Below are positions 24,970 through 37,152 of a stretch of DNA of 64,000 bases, piece after piece (within the stretch, counting starts at the first letter, position 1; the number at the start of each line of letters is the position of its first letter). A program made the translations under genes and the position numbers. Below the pieces are notes generated by a model, which ran no database searches, was not told the origin of the DNA, and saw only the letters and a list, made by a program, of their open reading frames with translations. Source of the stretch: Ramazzottius varieornatus (taxonomy: Eukaryota > Animalia > Tardigrada); contig BDGG01000008.1 of the NCBI GenBank assembly GCA_001949185.1, positions 186,001-250,000 of the forward strand. The letters run 5' to 3'.

Positions 24970-26989
24970 TATTCTGTAGCGTAAAGAACTCTCACCACGG
25001 CAGATAGCCTGCAACAAAGTTGCTGGCTCAGGGAGTAGGCTAATTCACACTGCACCTCGATTAATAATTTTTATCGTCCGACTAACGAGGAACTTTAAAC
25101 GGACGTCAGCTTCAGCTAAACTTCGAGTTGACAGAGAACCTGATGGTGCCGGCGCTCTGCCTGTTGTTCAATACAAAACCTCACTCCACAAGTCTTCCAG
25201 ACAAACCACCACTGATACTTTCCTATCCGTTACACGAGTCACTCTCTGACAGCTTTCAGCTTATTTACAGTACTTCTCGAAATACGCCGCCTGCAGGGCT
25301 GGCTTAATACGTCGAGGAAATCGCCTGTCAGTCATGCACTCATCGTACTCCTACACTCGTGGAGACTTTCCAATTTTGAATCCTGTACGAAATTCTCGCT
25401 ACAATTCATCACGGAACAGCTGGCTAACACCGAGAACATCGCACGGCTCCCAAGGCAAAAGAATTGACCAGAAAGATCCGAACGGGAATGCTAGGAATGA
25501 TAAGCGGGAAGTTGAAAAAGTAGGATTATTCCAGAACTTCACTATTTGCTAAACGTTGTCTAAGCTCTGTTTCACCAACGATAGACCCCAAGACTTGACA
25601 AAGGGTGAACCTCCTGCAGAAACACTTGAGCCTACATTGGCTTTGGATGTTCGAACAGCTGGAAGGGCTATCGAATGGCCGTTCCACAAAGCTGAGCTTA
25701 CCTCTCTATCATTCCGCTACTGGGAGAGATCAGCTGATGAGACCTCTGATCGTCGTAATTTATGTTTCTGAACGGAATCGTACGCATGAATCAGGTCCAA
25801 ATACAGGAGTGCAGCCTGTTCTATTCAGTCGAGGTGTACTTGAACTTTAAACGGGAAATGCTGCTCAAACAGACGATCAATGTTCGGAACAACAGCCAAG
25901 GCGGTTGAATAGTTGCTACCCTTGCATGCTCCTGTCCTGATTAAAACCAGATGCGTAACTTGCGCCACGCATCTTTTGTCGTTCGGCTCGTGGGTGATCA
26001 GTCAAGTAGTTCGCTTTGTTTTGTCGTGCTTTTTTCGTGTTCCCGACAGTTAATCTTGAATGTCTTTTGAAGCAAAAGTTGGAAAGTCTCGTTGGCCTCC
26101 GGCTGGCATCTTTTCTCTGTTTGCAATTTGAGTTTCGATGCTAGAAGTACTCCTTCTTTTGTCTGACAAGTCGCCAGAGTCGGAAATAATCCACACTTAT
26201 CCTCCCATGAAATCTTGTTTTAGCTGAATGTACCTATCGAAGATCGTGTGGAATGTTCAGCCTGTATTTTAATGTAGTTATCGTGTACGGCAATCTGAGA
26301 AGACTGATTCAAAAACTTAATTTAAATAATTAATAGATTTTCGAATTACGGAATTACATTCCCAGGCCAAATCAGACCCTTAGCCTAACCCTGCGCTTCC
26401 TGGGGACTACTCAAGGGCTGCCTTTTCTACCTGGGATAAAAATTTTGAGATATCACAAATTTTAAGAATCCCGACTCTCGACTTTCTCCCCGATGTTTCG
26501 GTGAGATTTCTTGTCTTCCCGACTGTGCCAGAGACTTCTCTGATTGTCACTCATGGCTGGTTAAGAATTTTTCTGTTCTGTTGAGTGACCCACCAGAGCT
26601 TGGCGAGCTTGCAAGCTACCGCCTGGCCGGAGAAGAAGGTCAGGCTGCTCTGGCAAGCGCAATTGCCCACGTGCTGTTGAGGCGGATCTGAAGAGTCGAG
26701 GAATCTACCATCAAAACAGATCCTTTCAGGGTACGAGTTCATGTTATTTTTAGCATCACTGGCGTTATTGTTGTATGTATCCTTTACTGCGGTTATCATA
26801 TCTATCCTGAAAATCATTGCCAGACGTTTGATCGATCATTGTTCCTTATCTTAACCCTGCTGCTGATTCTGTTGTATCCTCTTCAGTTTTCACTGTGATC
26901 TCTGTTTCTTCTGCTTCTCCTTGTTGCTGCATATCTGAATCATGGATTTCGATCCTCGACGACTCGGTCTCTTTTCAGGTTCCATCGGA

Positions 26990-29900
26990 ATGCCTCCCAA
27001 GAACAAGCGAGGGGGAGGACGCGGTGGACAGCCTGGAGGATGGCCGAGACAACAGCAAGCATTCCAGCAACCACAGAATACCCGCGGATCAGTCTACTCA
27101 CGGCTAGGCAGTCGGCCTGTCGACCGACAAGCCTTTGCCCCTGTCGATGCTCGACAGCTGCTGATCGCTCGTCGGCAGATGGCCCAGCAAGAAGAGGGCT
27201 TTCACGAAGAAGAGGAAGACGCGCCGCCTGTTCGTGGTCTGCACACTCGTCATGGTCGCTTCCAGAACTTTGAGATGGGCATGGAATTGTCAGAATTTCA
27301 TCTGTTCGATATACACAGGCTGCAGGAAGCTGACCAATCGGACGCTTTTCCCTTTGATGATTTTGAGATGGACTACGACGGACGACAGCAACCTGTGTCT
27401 AATGACATGATTGCACGCGATGGTTAGTAGTCTGTTATTTTGGTGGGCTTTATGTCATGTTTACATTATTAAACAGTTGACTTGTGCAAACAGTGGGAAA
27501 CTGAGGTAGATTGTGTGGGTTATCTTTACAGATGTGCGGAACACAGTCTTAAACAAGAAACGTCGCTGCGCAGAGAATCCTGCGGACTTACGTTCTTACC
27601 TTCAGCGGAAGAAGGAAAGTGTAGCTCAAGCAGGAACACGACAGGAAGACTATCCGCCAAGCTTCAAGATAACCCTAGCTGCCGCACAAGCTTCATCTGA
27701 CTGGCATCAAGAAGCGTCCTTCAGTCCTCAGCAAACCCAGCCGCAGGTCCGTAGTACTGCAAGCTTCTTCCGTCAAGTCAAGCCTTCTCACCCCAGCCAG
27801 TCGTCTTCTTCCAACCACCAAGCTCAACGACCGTCCCCGAATCGACAAGTCAGCCCGAACGGAAGTGAGAAGACGCTGCAGATCGTCAGTCCCAAACCCA
27901 AAGCGTACGTTGACAGTTCTTCCAGTAACGTTCGCCAGTCTGTGGTATTGAAGAAACGAGCGATAAGTCCGCCGCGTGATCAACCGAAAGTCGTTGGGAA
28001 GAAGCGTAATGTCAGTAGGGAAAGGCAGACCATTCCAGTCAGAGAGAAGTACAGTCCAGTTTCGCCGTCCTGTTCTCCTTCTCCAGTCATGAAAAGGCTA
28101 GTTGAACGTCACATGACCCAGGAAAGAAAGAAGCCAAGAATGAGGAGTCCTTTGCCTGCCCTCACTCGTCATGGTCGTCGATCCCGTTCGCCTCTGTCAA
28201 AGCCTTCGCCTACCCGCAGTCCCGACATCACTAGTCGTCTCCTGGCTGAAACATTGGACAAGAACCAAAGACAACGAAGCGTAGGGCAAAATGGAATAGA
28301 AGTACGTCGAGAAAGACGCGAAGTGACACCGGAACAACGTCATCGATCGCCAGTTGTTCGAGAGAGACCGGACCGTGAACGTGAGGAAACAGTGCAGAAG
28401 GAACGTCGGTACGAAGACAGTCGGAAGGGAAAGTTAGAACAGCCTAATGGCGATCGCCGTCGGGGAGACGCGTCTCCGCCATTCCGACGTGCTCAACGAA
28501 CACCTGAGCGAAGAACGCCGGAACGACGGATGCAGAGGGTGAGGATGGAGAATGGTCGCCAGTACTACCGACGATCACCAAGTCTTAAACGTAAGTCACC
28601 ACCTCAGCGTAATACGAGCCGAAATGGCCGTTATGAAAGACCGTCTCCGTCACGACAAAGTTACCATCGTTCGCCAGCACGACGAAGCCCTAGTCCCAGA
28701 GAAGGTCGAAACTCTAAGCACCTTCCGGATAGAAGTGATGTCGAAAGAAGTCGGTTGGATCGTCGTTCAATCGAGCGGCGGACGACCGGAAGAAGGGAAG
28801 ACTACCGTCGAAAATCGCCTCCACCAAAGCGACGCAGCATGTCTACGGAAAGAAGATCAAAGTCTTGCTCACCCATCTCCGACAAAAGCGTGTCGGAAAT
28901 GGCCGAAGCTTCACCGGTGGATAGTGAAGAAGAGGAAGGATCGGAAGTGAGCAGTGAACAAGCTGAACGGAAAGAAGGATCGACGATTTCGTCGACCGAT
29001 GAAGAGGAGGAAGTATCGGTTGGACACGGAAGAAGAAATGGTGGACGGGTGGAAAGAAGTGTCGATCGAACAAGACAGAAGTCAAAGGAAGAATACATCA
29101 GACCATCGAAAGACAGGTTCGAGGAGGAAGCGAGGGAGCAGAAACAACGAAGAGTGGAAGAGTATGCAGCTTATCTGCGTCGTCAGCGTGATCGGCCTCG
29201 TTCACCTGACAGACGAACAACCACCATTCAGCGACATGACGGTAACGTGGGAAATGGACAGACAGCAGGTCGAAATCGACCACCGCCGCGGTATGAGAGT
29301 AGAAGCTATGAGAGTAGTTCGGGGAAAGAAAGCGCGGCTCAAGCAAGATCGCCAGTCGTCCCACGGAATGTAAGGGATGAAAGACGACGGAATGGCGGTG
29401 ATGAGCTTGATGTAGGGGCTGCTGGTAGTCCTCCTGTACATCAGCCTGTGTCTGTTGAGTATCCTCCTGTGTACACTACAGTGCCTTTTCTTGACAGCAC
29501 AACTTCAGCGCTGAACGGAAATGGAGAGGGGCGGGAAGAAGAGATGGAAGAGGAAGTGCTCGATTTGACCGTTAGTCGCAATGGACGAAGCGTGGAACAG
29601 GCGAATGGGTCTGTGCAAGTCTCGACAGGTAATGGTGTAGCTTTGAGGCCTTTGTCATTCGCTCAGAAGGAACTAGTGAGTGCTCCTTTGAATTTGATGG
29701 TGGAACGGGATGTTGGAGGGAAGATTGAGGAAGGGAAGAGCATTGGGATAGTCTCAAGAACAGATCAGGTTGCACTGAAATTGATTGACATTCCTGTTCG
29801 AAATGCGGTACAGACAGAGGAAAAGAAAGCCTTAGCGATCAGAGATGCTCAGCGACAAGCTCGCGTGAAGTTGTCGTCGGAAAAGATTGAGGAAGTTTCG

Positions 29901-30353
29901 AGCCGGGTATGTGCGGCCAGACAGGGCCGTGCCGAGCTGCCTAGTACAAGTCAGGGCCGTGCCGAAAATGCGCCAGTTTATACGAAGGTTCGTCCCAGCT
30001 CTTCATCAGCAGCTGCGAGCCCAGTCCGGGCAGTGTTCAAAATGCATTCCTCAGCCGAGAATTCACCATCAAAGTCTAGTTCTTCGTCGGGTAACATTGT
30101 GATTGACGGACGGCATTTGACGCAGCTAGCGTGGATCTTGCCGCCGTCAGTTCGTGTGGAATGTGACTATCAGGCGCTGGTCAAAGAGCAGTTTCCGGAA
30201 GATACTCGTCAAGAGGATCCCCGATGGACATCGAGTCGGGAGCAACGCGGGACAGACTCTGATCGTGAAAGCGACAAGAACGATGGGGAAAACCGGAAGG
30301 AACGAGGTGGCTCTAGTGGGAAACCGAAGAAGAGTGAAGACGAAGCTGCGTGA
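26990..30353 (+). CDS. Very large (about 1,085 aa) Arg/Ser/Pro/Glu-rich intrinsically disordered, probably nuclear, protein; 2 coding exons
   Basis: Exon 1 (26990-27422; MPPKNKRGGGRGG...SVYSRLG...VDARQLLIARR) splices through a phase-1 GT-AG intron (27423-27531) into the 946-codon ORF, which has RS/RSP repeats, an acidic block and a coiled coil. Confidence 0.75.
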
Positions 30354-30818
30354 TGGTATTTTGCACATACTTTATGGAAAAAAGAGACTTTTGATTTTGA
30401 TTGAATGTAGTTTAGCTTGATGTTCGACACGTTCCTGCCGCACCGCGAATCTTTCTTTGACATATTATTTGACATGCACTAATCCTTAGCGGCGTTGTAG
30501 CAATCTCCTTTCGACCGAGTCTCCAACATTCTACGGAAAAGTTTATTTTATATGTATACTAATCTTTATAATATTTGCGGATGTCTTTCAGTCTTCAGTT
30601 GGACATGGCGATTGTCCTCAAAGGACGAAATTAGAGGTCGCTTTAGAAACCAAGTTCGAAGCCTGCATAGATACACCGGCAAGTTCGTTGATTTCGGTTT
30701 TTGGAAAGCAGTAAAGTTAATCAAAGTCCGATCGGACAAAGTGCCCGTAAAACAGTAAAGCATCGCATCGTCAATCGTGACAGGATGCGGAAATAGTAAG
30801 GAAAAAAGGGGGTCAAGA

Positions 30819-33800
30819 CTAAGGGTAGGAAAGTTGCAAATCTTTAGCCAGCATCGTGGCAGTGACATAAGACATCGTATCTCGGTACTTCTTGTAGGTT
30901 TCGACTGCCAAGTCTTTCGACTTGTCCCAGGCATAACACTCTCTGCAGAACGAAAAAAACTGTAAAAAGTACAGAAGAAAACACTTATGGATTGCGGGGT
31001 GTACAAACCGGAATATAGGCCGGCAGAACTTCATCCGCTGATATTCTGCCGCGAAAGCTAATGAAGGTTCAATCATGTCTTCCCATTTTCCGCGAAGACA
31101 AAGACGTAGCCACCTGTTGATAGGCCCAAATTAAGAAAAGCACTAACACCATCAGTACCGTCAGCTTACACCTCGAAGAGCTGAAAGAATAAGTTGGAAA
31201 GATGAGGTAGCATACTTACCGAAACTTAATTTCCGCGTTCTGGCTTGCGGTGAGGTTGTAGCATTTATCAAGCGCCTGAAGTTTCTCAACCGGAAGTGGC
31301 GGCTATGAATTCAAACCCAAATAAGCTACGACTGTGGGACAGACATCTAAACGTAGACTCAACAGTTACTACACCTGAAGTAAAAGCTGGGCTAGAAACT
31401 CGATCATCTGAGCAGCTGTAAAGGATGCGATGTCCTCGGGACTGAAGCACGAACAGTCCTTGGCGTCCAGCCATCTTCCACAGAGGGCGTCCGACGCCTG
31501 TGCCAGTGAGTTATCGAACCTACAACAGAACCAGTGTGAAATCAATCCACAGAGGAAGACAGTGCAAGAAGGTCCTTACTTTAATTCAACTGGAGGCATT
31601 CCAGTGCCGTGAAGCCAGGTCTTCCAATCCACGGAGCTGAGCACTTCCGGTTTGACCGACTGACGGAAATACTCCTCAAAGTGCTTCTGGAAATCGAAGC
31701 TGGAAGCGGCAGAGTATTTGTATTTTTCGATCCATGCACGAAAGCATGGATTGAATATCTCTGTAAAAGAGTACAAGTGGAGGACTATCTTACAATGCTG
31801 TACCCGAAGCCGATCGTTTCACCTACCCGCACCGCCAACCAGTTGCTCCAGATAGTAGAGAAAGCTGTGCCCTTTCTCGTAAGGAACGCTGCCAAATGCA
31901 TCATCTGGATCACAGTCTTTAAGATCAGGAATCAGTTTGGTAAATGGATGGTCCGCTCCTCTTGTCTTAACCTACCAAGTCGAAAACTTGGGTAAGACAG
32001 TTCATAAGTTCCCCGGTTTGGCCTACGCGGTTTATAGTTTCCGCGAAAAATCTAGTCTACTAGTACCTCTTCGATAAGGCTTTTCCAACCTTCGATGGCT
32101 GAGAACTGCCGGTATGGCTCCCCCATCATGCTGCCTTTTATTTTACGCTCCAAAAAAACGGTGAAGCCTTCGTTCAGCCTAGGAAGTTTGCAAAGCAGCG
32201 GTTCGGTACATCAACTACCGATCACGATTCGGAGAAGACTTACCAGAAGTGTTCCCAATTCAAGTTGGTCACCAAGTTCCCCGTCCAGGAGTGGGCAATC
32301 TCATGCGCCACTACATTCGCAAGAGAGCGATCACCAGCCTGAAATATCCGACAAGTCTCTTGAGGATGTCAAGTTTGAGATCTAATGACAAGGAACATGG
32401 AAGAGCATACGTACAAGTAAGGTTGGTGTAAGGAACGTTAAGCAAGGGTTCTCCATTCCACCAAATGGGAAAGACGGAGGTAGAACCAGCAAATCGTAAA
32501 CACCCCAGACGTATGGACCGACCAAAGCTTCAGCTGCCTGTAACATCTCTTCAGTCTGCAAGAAAACGTCGTTATAGTAAGAATTACCGCGCGAACTCCT
32601 CCCCCCTTTGGTTAATGCTTTGACTGATTCTTCCATTACAACATACTTCGGCAAACTCATAAGCTGCCCTGTCGACCACGTTGCCTTCGGCCCACACACG
32701 GCTCCGCGGCCCGATCTTTCGGCTCTCCACATTACCGATTGCAATGGCTACAAGGTAAGAAGGGATGGGAACCTGCCAGACAGAAATAACGTTGTAGGTA
32801 TTGCATGACGTCAGTAGAGTAGTTGTGGCATCATATAGATCGAACAGCGATATAGTAAATAATATCGGGATACCTTCTGCTCGAACTCGAAAGAGACTTG
32901 TCCGTTGATTGCTGGCGACGCCGCGCCTTTACCGACTGCGCTCATCAACACGGTAAGCCCCTCATCGACGGTTATTTTAGCCGTGTAGGTCGACTTGACG
33001 GAGGGAGTATCTTGACATGGAAAAATACTGCGACCGTGGATGGCCTAAATACGCAACCGAGAGTAAGAACTATCATGGCATACAGCGGGTTTGTTCTTCC
33101 TGCTAAAATATCACTTATGAACAAAGAAACCACGTACCTCGCTATGTGAATAGAGGTATGGATGTGTTTTCGTGGAGGTTTGCTCGGGTCGCAGCCAGAC
33201 TAACCCGGAAGAACCCGGTGAAGTAGCATATTTGATCCTGATAGTTAACCTTATAATAGACAAACAGTACAGAACATCTCATGCGGGAGAGCTTCGGTCA
33301 GCACAAAGGCACAAGAGCTGAACGGGCTCGGGCTAGTGTGCCACTTACTTCGAGGACGAAGATGGCGGCAGGTTAATTTTCAGCTTAGCTCCGCGGAAGT
33401 CGCCACCTTTGCCGACAACAAACGGAACAGCGGTCTCCCGTTTACCATCCAATACCGCGGCGCTTTCGATAGTCAAGTCTCTGGTATCCAGTACCTATAT
33501 TCCGATGACATAACATACAGATAAAAATCTGTCGAAACGCCACACGATACATATACAGAATGTAGGTATACGCGATGCGTGAAGTCGTACCAACGTGTTC
33601 TCCTCGCTGGCTTGCTTCTCGATAACGAGATCGACATATCCCTTCAGGACCTTCTTATCGAAGTCAGCGGCAAGATCGAAGTGGGTGGATAACACGCGCC
33701 AGAAGTCCGGTCTGGATAGTGTACTGGGATCAACGGAAAATCTATCGGGAGCAGCCATGCCTTCGGTATGGCAGTGCTGATGATCGCCCTCGCAGTGGCC

Positions 33801-34031
33801 CCACTCCGCTACACCTTCGTCTGGCTTAAATTCGTCCAACTCGTTGAACTTGTCCGATATCTCCTCCGACGCTCCACGCTGCTGAGTTGCCATCCAACGA
33901 GTGTAGAGTAGTGAAGTCAGGCCCAGCAGACCGACCGCAATCGCACCTGGAAGATAAGTTACGGTAAGTAAAGATAAGGAACATTCAGATACGAGCGATC
34001 GAGGTAACTCACCGGTGAAGACGCCGATCAT
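30819..34031 (-). CDS. LTA4H: Leukotriene A4 hydrolase / M1 aminopeptidase with a predicted N-terminal hydrophobic extension
   Basis: DPSTLS start motif, [47 protein letters not shown], Zn motif [16 protein letters not shown]...[21 protein letters not shown], and C-terminal AKDLQL. Confidence 0.93.
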
Positions 34032-34615
34032 GCCATGCTCCTATTGACCGTCCATCCAGAGTAGCATAATATATTATCACTTTCCCAGATCCAGATTATT
34101 CAGGCTTATAATCCGCACAGTAACTAATCCGCAGCATACGAGGACGACGACAATATTCATAAGAACTACTAAGCTCAGCCTGGTAGGGATTAGGGAACAT
34201 GGACCAGCTGATCTGTTCTTACCAGCTGCTCTGTAGAGGGCGCGCGTGACGTGCGTACTGCTTCTGACCACTGGCTCTCCCAGAGCGTCTTTGACTCTTT
34301 ACATTGCCGAGCAGAGTCTTTTCCTTCTCGCAAGTCGCAAGCGAACTTTGTCGTTGTTTTATTGTTCTGGTTACGAACGGTCCAAGCACTGGCTGCTTTT
34401 TATGATATCGTCTGTGAAGCTAGCGCACTAGGAGCTAACGGCCTGCTATCTGACATTCCGTTCAGAAAGCAGAACAAATAAAAAACCGGTTCGCGAGCAG
34501 TGAAGTGTTCGGTATTAAACACGGCAGTAAACTGGTAAATTGTGAACTGTAGACAGTTCACTTTGGTCTGAAATTTCGCGGAATACTTGAATTGTCGAAA
34601 AGAAAACTGTATACG

Positions 34616-36941
34616 ATGTTTTTCGTGTACTTAACAGCTGCATGCGCTATCTTCTTCCTTTTCAAGAAATATTTGCTGTTCTTATGGAGCCGTGGGGTGG
34701 GTGAGTTTCCTCCTGGTCCCTGGCCGGTTCCGGTTATTGGCAACTCGTTGCAATTAGATCGGAAGAAGCCATGGGAAACTTTCGAAAAGTGGACGCTTCA
34801 TTACGGCAAAATATTTTCTGTCTTGCTGGGTGACAAACCAACGATCGTCGTCTCGGACTTGCAACTAATCAAGCGAGCTTTCAAGGATGACCGTTTCACC
34901 GGAAGACCCGATTCTATCTGGCAGGTTCTCAACATGGATATCGACCGTGGTATCGTCCTGTCGCAAGGCGAAGCATGGAAGGAAAATAGGAAGTTCACTC
35001 TCCATGCATTGCGCGATCTCGGTACTTCGTCGTTCTTATGCTTCATGGTCGGAAGTTCTATCAAATGTCAAGTTAGCTTACGATGTCGATTATTGCAGGT
35101 TTCGGTACCTCGGCCACACAAGACAATATTCAGGAAGAGGCCAGAAAGCTTTTGAGGTTACTCAAGAAGTCAAATGCCTCGCCGATGGAATGTAGAATGC
35201 CCTTCGCGACTGCAGGTACGAAAAGTTTCCTCGTGACTTCGGCATCTAACTGATGAGATACTACGTATTTTCCTTTATAGCTTCGAATGTCATATCTCGT
35301 GTGCTGTTCGGAAACGTCTTCGACATGGAAGATGAGAACTTGAAGAAGTTTGTGGGATGCACAGCAGAGAACTTCTGTGCCAGCGCTAGAACAGGCTTGA
35401 TCGGTCTTGTCCCGTGGGTCCAGTACTCCCCGCCTTACCGAGGAGAACTACAGGCACTTCGAAACAGAGTCACCACTGAGATTACGCAGACGCAAGAACT
35501 ACTAGATGCGCACCGGAAGTCCTTCAATCCGGAGACACCACGAGACTACATCGATGCATTCCTTGTGGCACAGAAGACTGTCCACAAGAAAGCATACAGG
35601 TTTACAGGTACGAGGTACACCACATAATTTGGGCACAGCGATTTTCGCATTATAATTCGGGCAATGCGAAAAGTTTAAGCTCTGTCATCAACGCTTGATT
35701 GATATCTCATCGTACACCTGTTGATACAATATTAGGCTTTTCAACATTGGACCGACCCATGTGTCTCCCACGATGGACTGCTTTGACTTACGAAACTTTA
35801 CCGTCCCAAACCTGTTTAAACCTTAAGAAAATAGACTGATGTAATCCACGAGATAAGAAGCATGTGATTACCGGCAACAGAAGCTGAGAAAATGCATGCC
35901 CGAATTAGGGTGCGAAAGTCATTATGACCGAATTATGCACTGTACCTCGTACTGTAATGCGCTGTTTCACCTTCGCCTTGAAACCCGGAGCACCTTCCAC
36001 ATAAAGTCTGTTTTATATGTAGACTGGGATTTGGTGTGCAATATCAGCGATATCCACGCCGGTAAGTGATAATTGTATCGGTTTCCCATTAATCAACATG
36101 ACTAATTCGTGTTTCGCATCTTTCAAGCCTCTACGGAAACGACAGCCACGTTCCTCCTGTGGGCCATGATTTACATGATTCGCTTTCCAATGGTTCAGAG
36201 AAAAGCTCAGATGGAAATCGACAAGGTGGTGGGACCCCACAGTGCCATCACTTTCGCCGATCGGGAGAACCTGCCATATGTGGAAGCTGTTGTGCACGAG
36301 GTCTTCCGCTCGAGCAACTACGGACCGTTTCTGCTTCCTCATGCCACCATTGAGAATGCGGATTTTGAAGGCTTCGTTCTACCTATAGGTACTCGACTAC
36401 TGGTGCAAAAATGCAGTTTAGTCAAGAACTTCGCACCTAATCGATTCCTCACAGGAACCCAGGTCATTGCCAATGCCTGGCATGTCCATCGAGATGCTGC
36501 CTTATGGAAGGAACCAGAGGAATTTGATCCTGAAAGATTCATACTTCCTGATGGTCAGCTTGATAAGAGTCTACTCAACAATGTGATAGTGTTCTCCGTC
36601 GGCAAGTGAAACTGAAATCGTAGAGCAGTGGACTAACCTATGTCTACAGAGTTTCATATTGTTAGGAAAACGAGTTTGTCCCGGCGAAATCTTAGCGCGA
36701 ATGGAGATCCTGGTGTTTCTCGGTTCCATACTCCAGCAATTTACGATACGAAGTGAACAGGAGGACGTCGTGCCATCTCTAGAAAGAGTCAATGGATTAG
36801 GTACGCAAGTGGATTACAACCTGAAAACCATTTATTCTGTAGAGCAACAAGGAAGTTCAACAATAAATAAAATTTGTCCCTTTTCCAGCCCTAACACCGC
36901 ATCCATACAGATGTCGGTTTATTCCTAGAGGTCCCGAATGA
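34616..36941 (+). CDS. Cytochrome P450, CYP2 clan (microsomal)
   Basis: N-terminal TM plus PPGPWPVPVIGN, WKENRKF (C-helix), PRDYIDAFL, I-helix DIHAASTETT, EVFR (ExxR), FDPERF, heme motif FSVGKRVCPGE, and last exon ALTPHPYRCRFIPRGPE*. Confidence 0.93.
35603..35956. mobile_element. TIR element (Tc1/mariner-like MITE) in the P450 intron
   Basis: Left gtacgaggtacaccacataatttgggcacagcgattttcgcattataattcgggca matches the reverse complement of the right end, gtacgaggtacagtgcataattcggtcataatgactttcgcaccctaattcgggca. Confidence 0.75.
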
Positions 36942-37152
36942 TAACCCATGAAAGAAGAGACGGATGTGCGCTGATCGTTGGATCGTCCAGTTTCCATGAC
37001 TGCTGCTGTTAGCCTGTGGACACCGGGCACGCTCATGTGAATTTTCTGGGGGTGTTTCTGTTGACTCTGATAATCTTGTCATGTTAATTTTAGTGGTTTG
37101 ATGTTGCTTGTAATAATTCAAGACAAACTGTAATATTTTAGCCTTCTTGACC

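Noticed and set aside
25334-25850. Short + strand ORFs in the PLXDC upstream region
   Set aside because: No motif or convincing splice chain.
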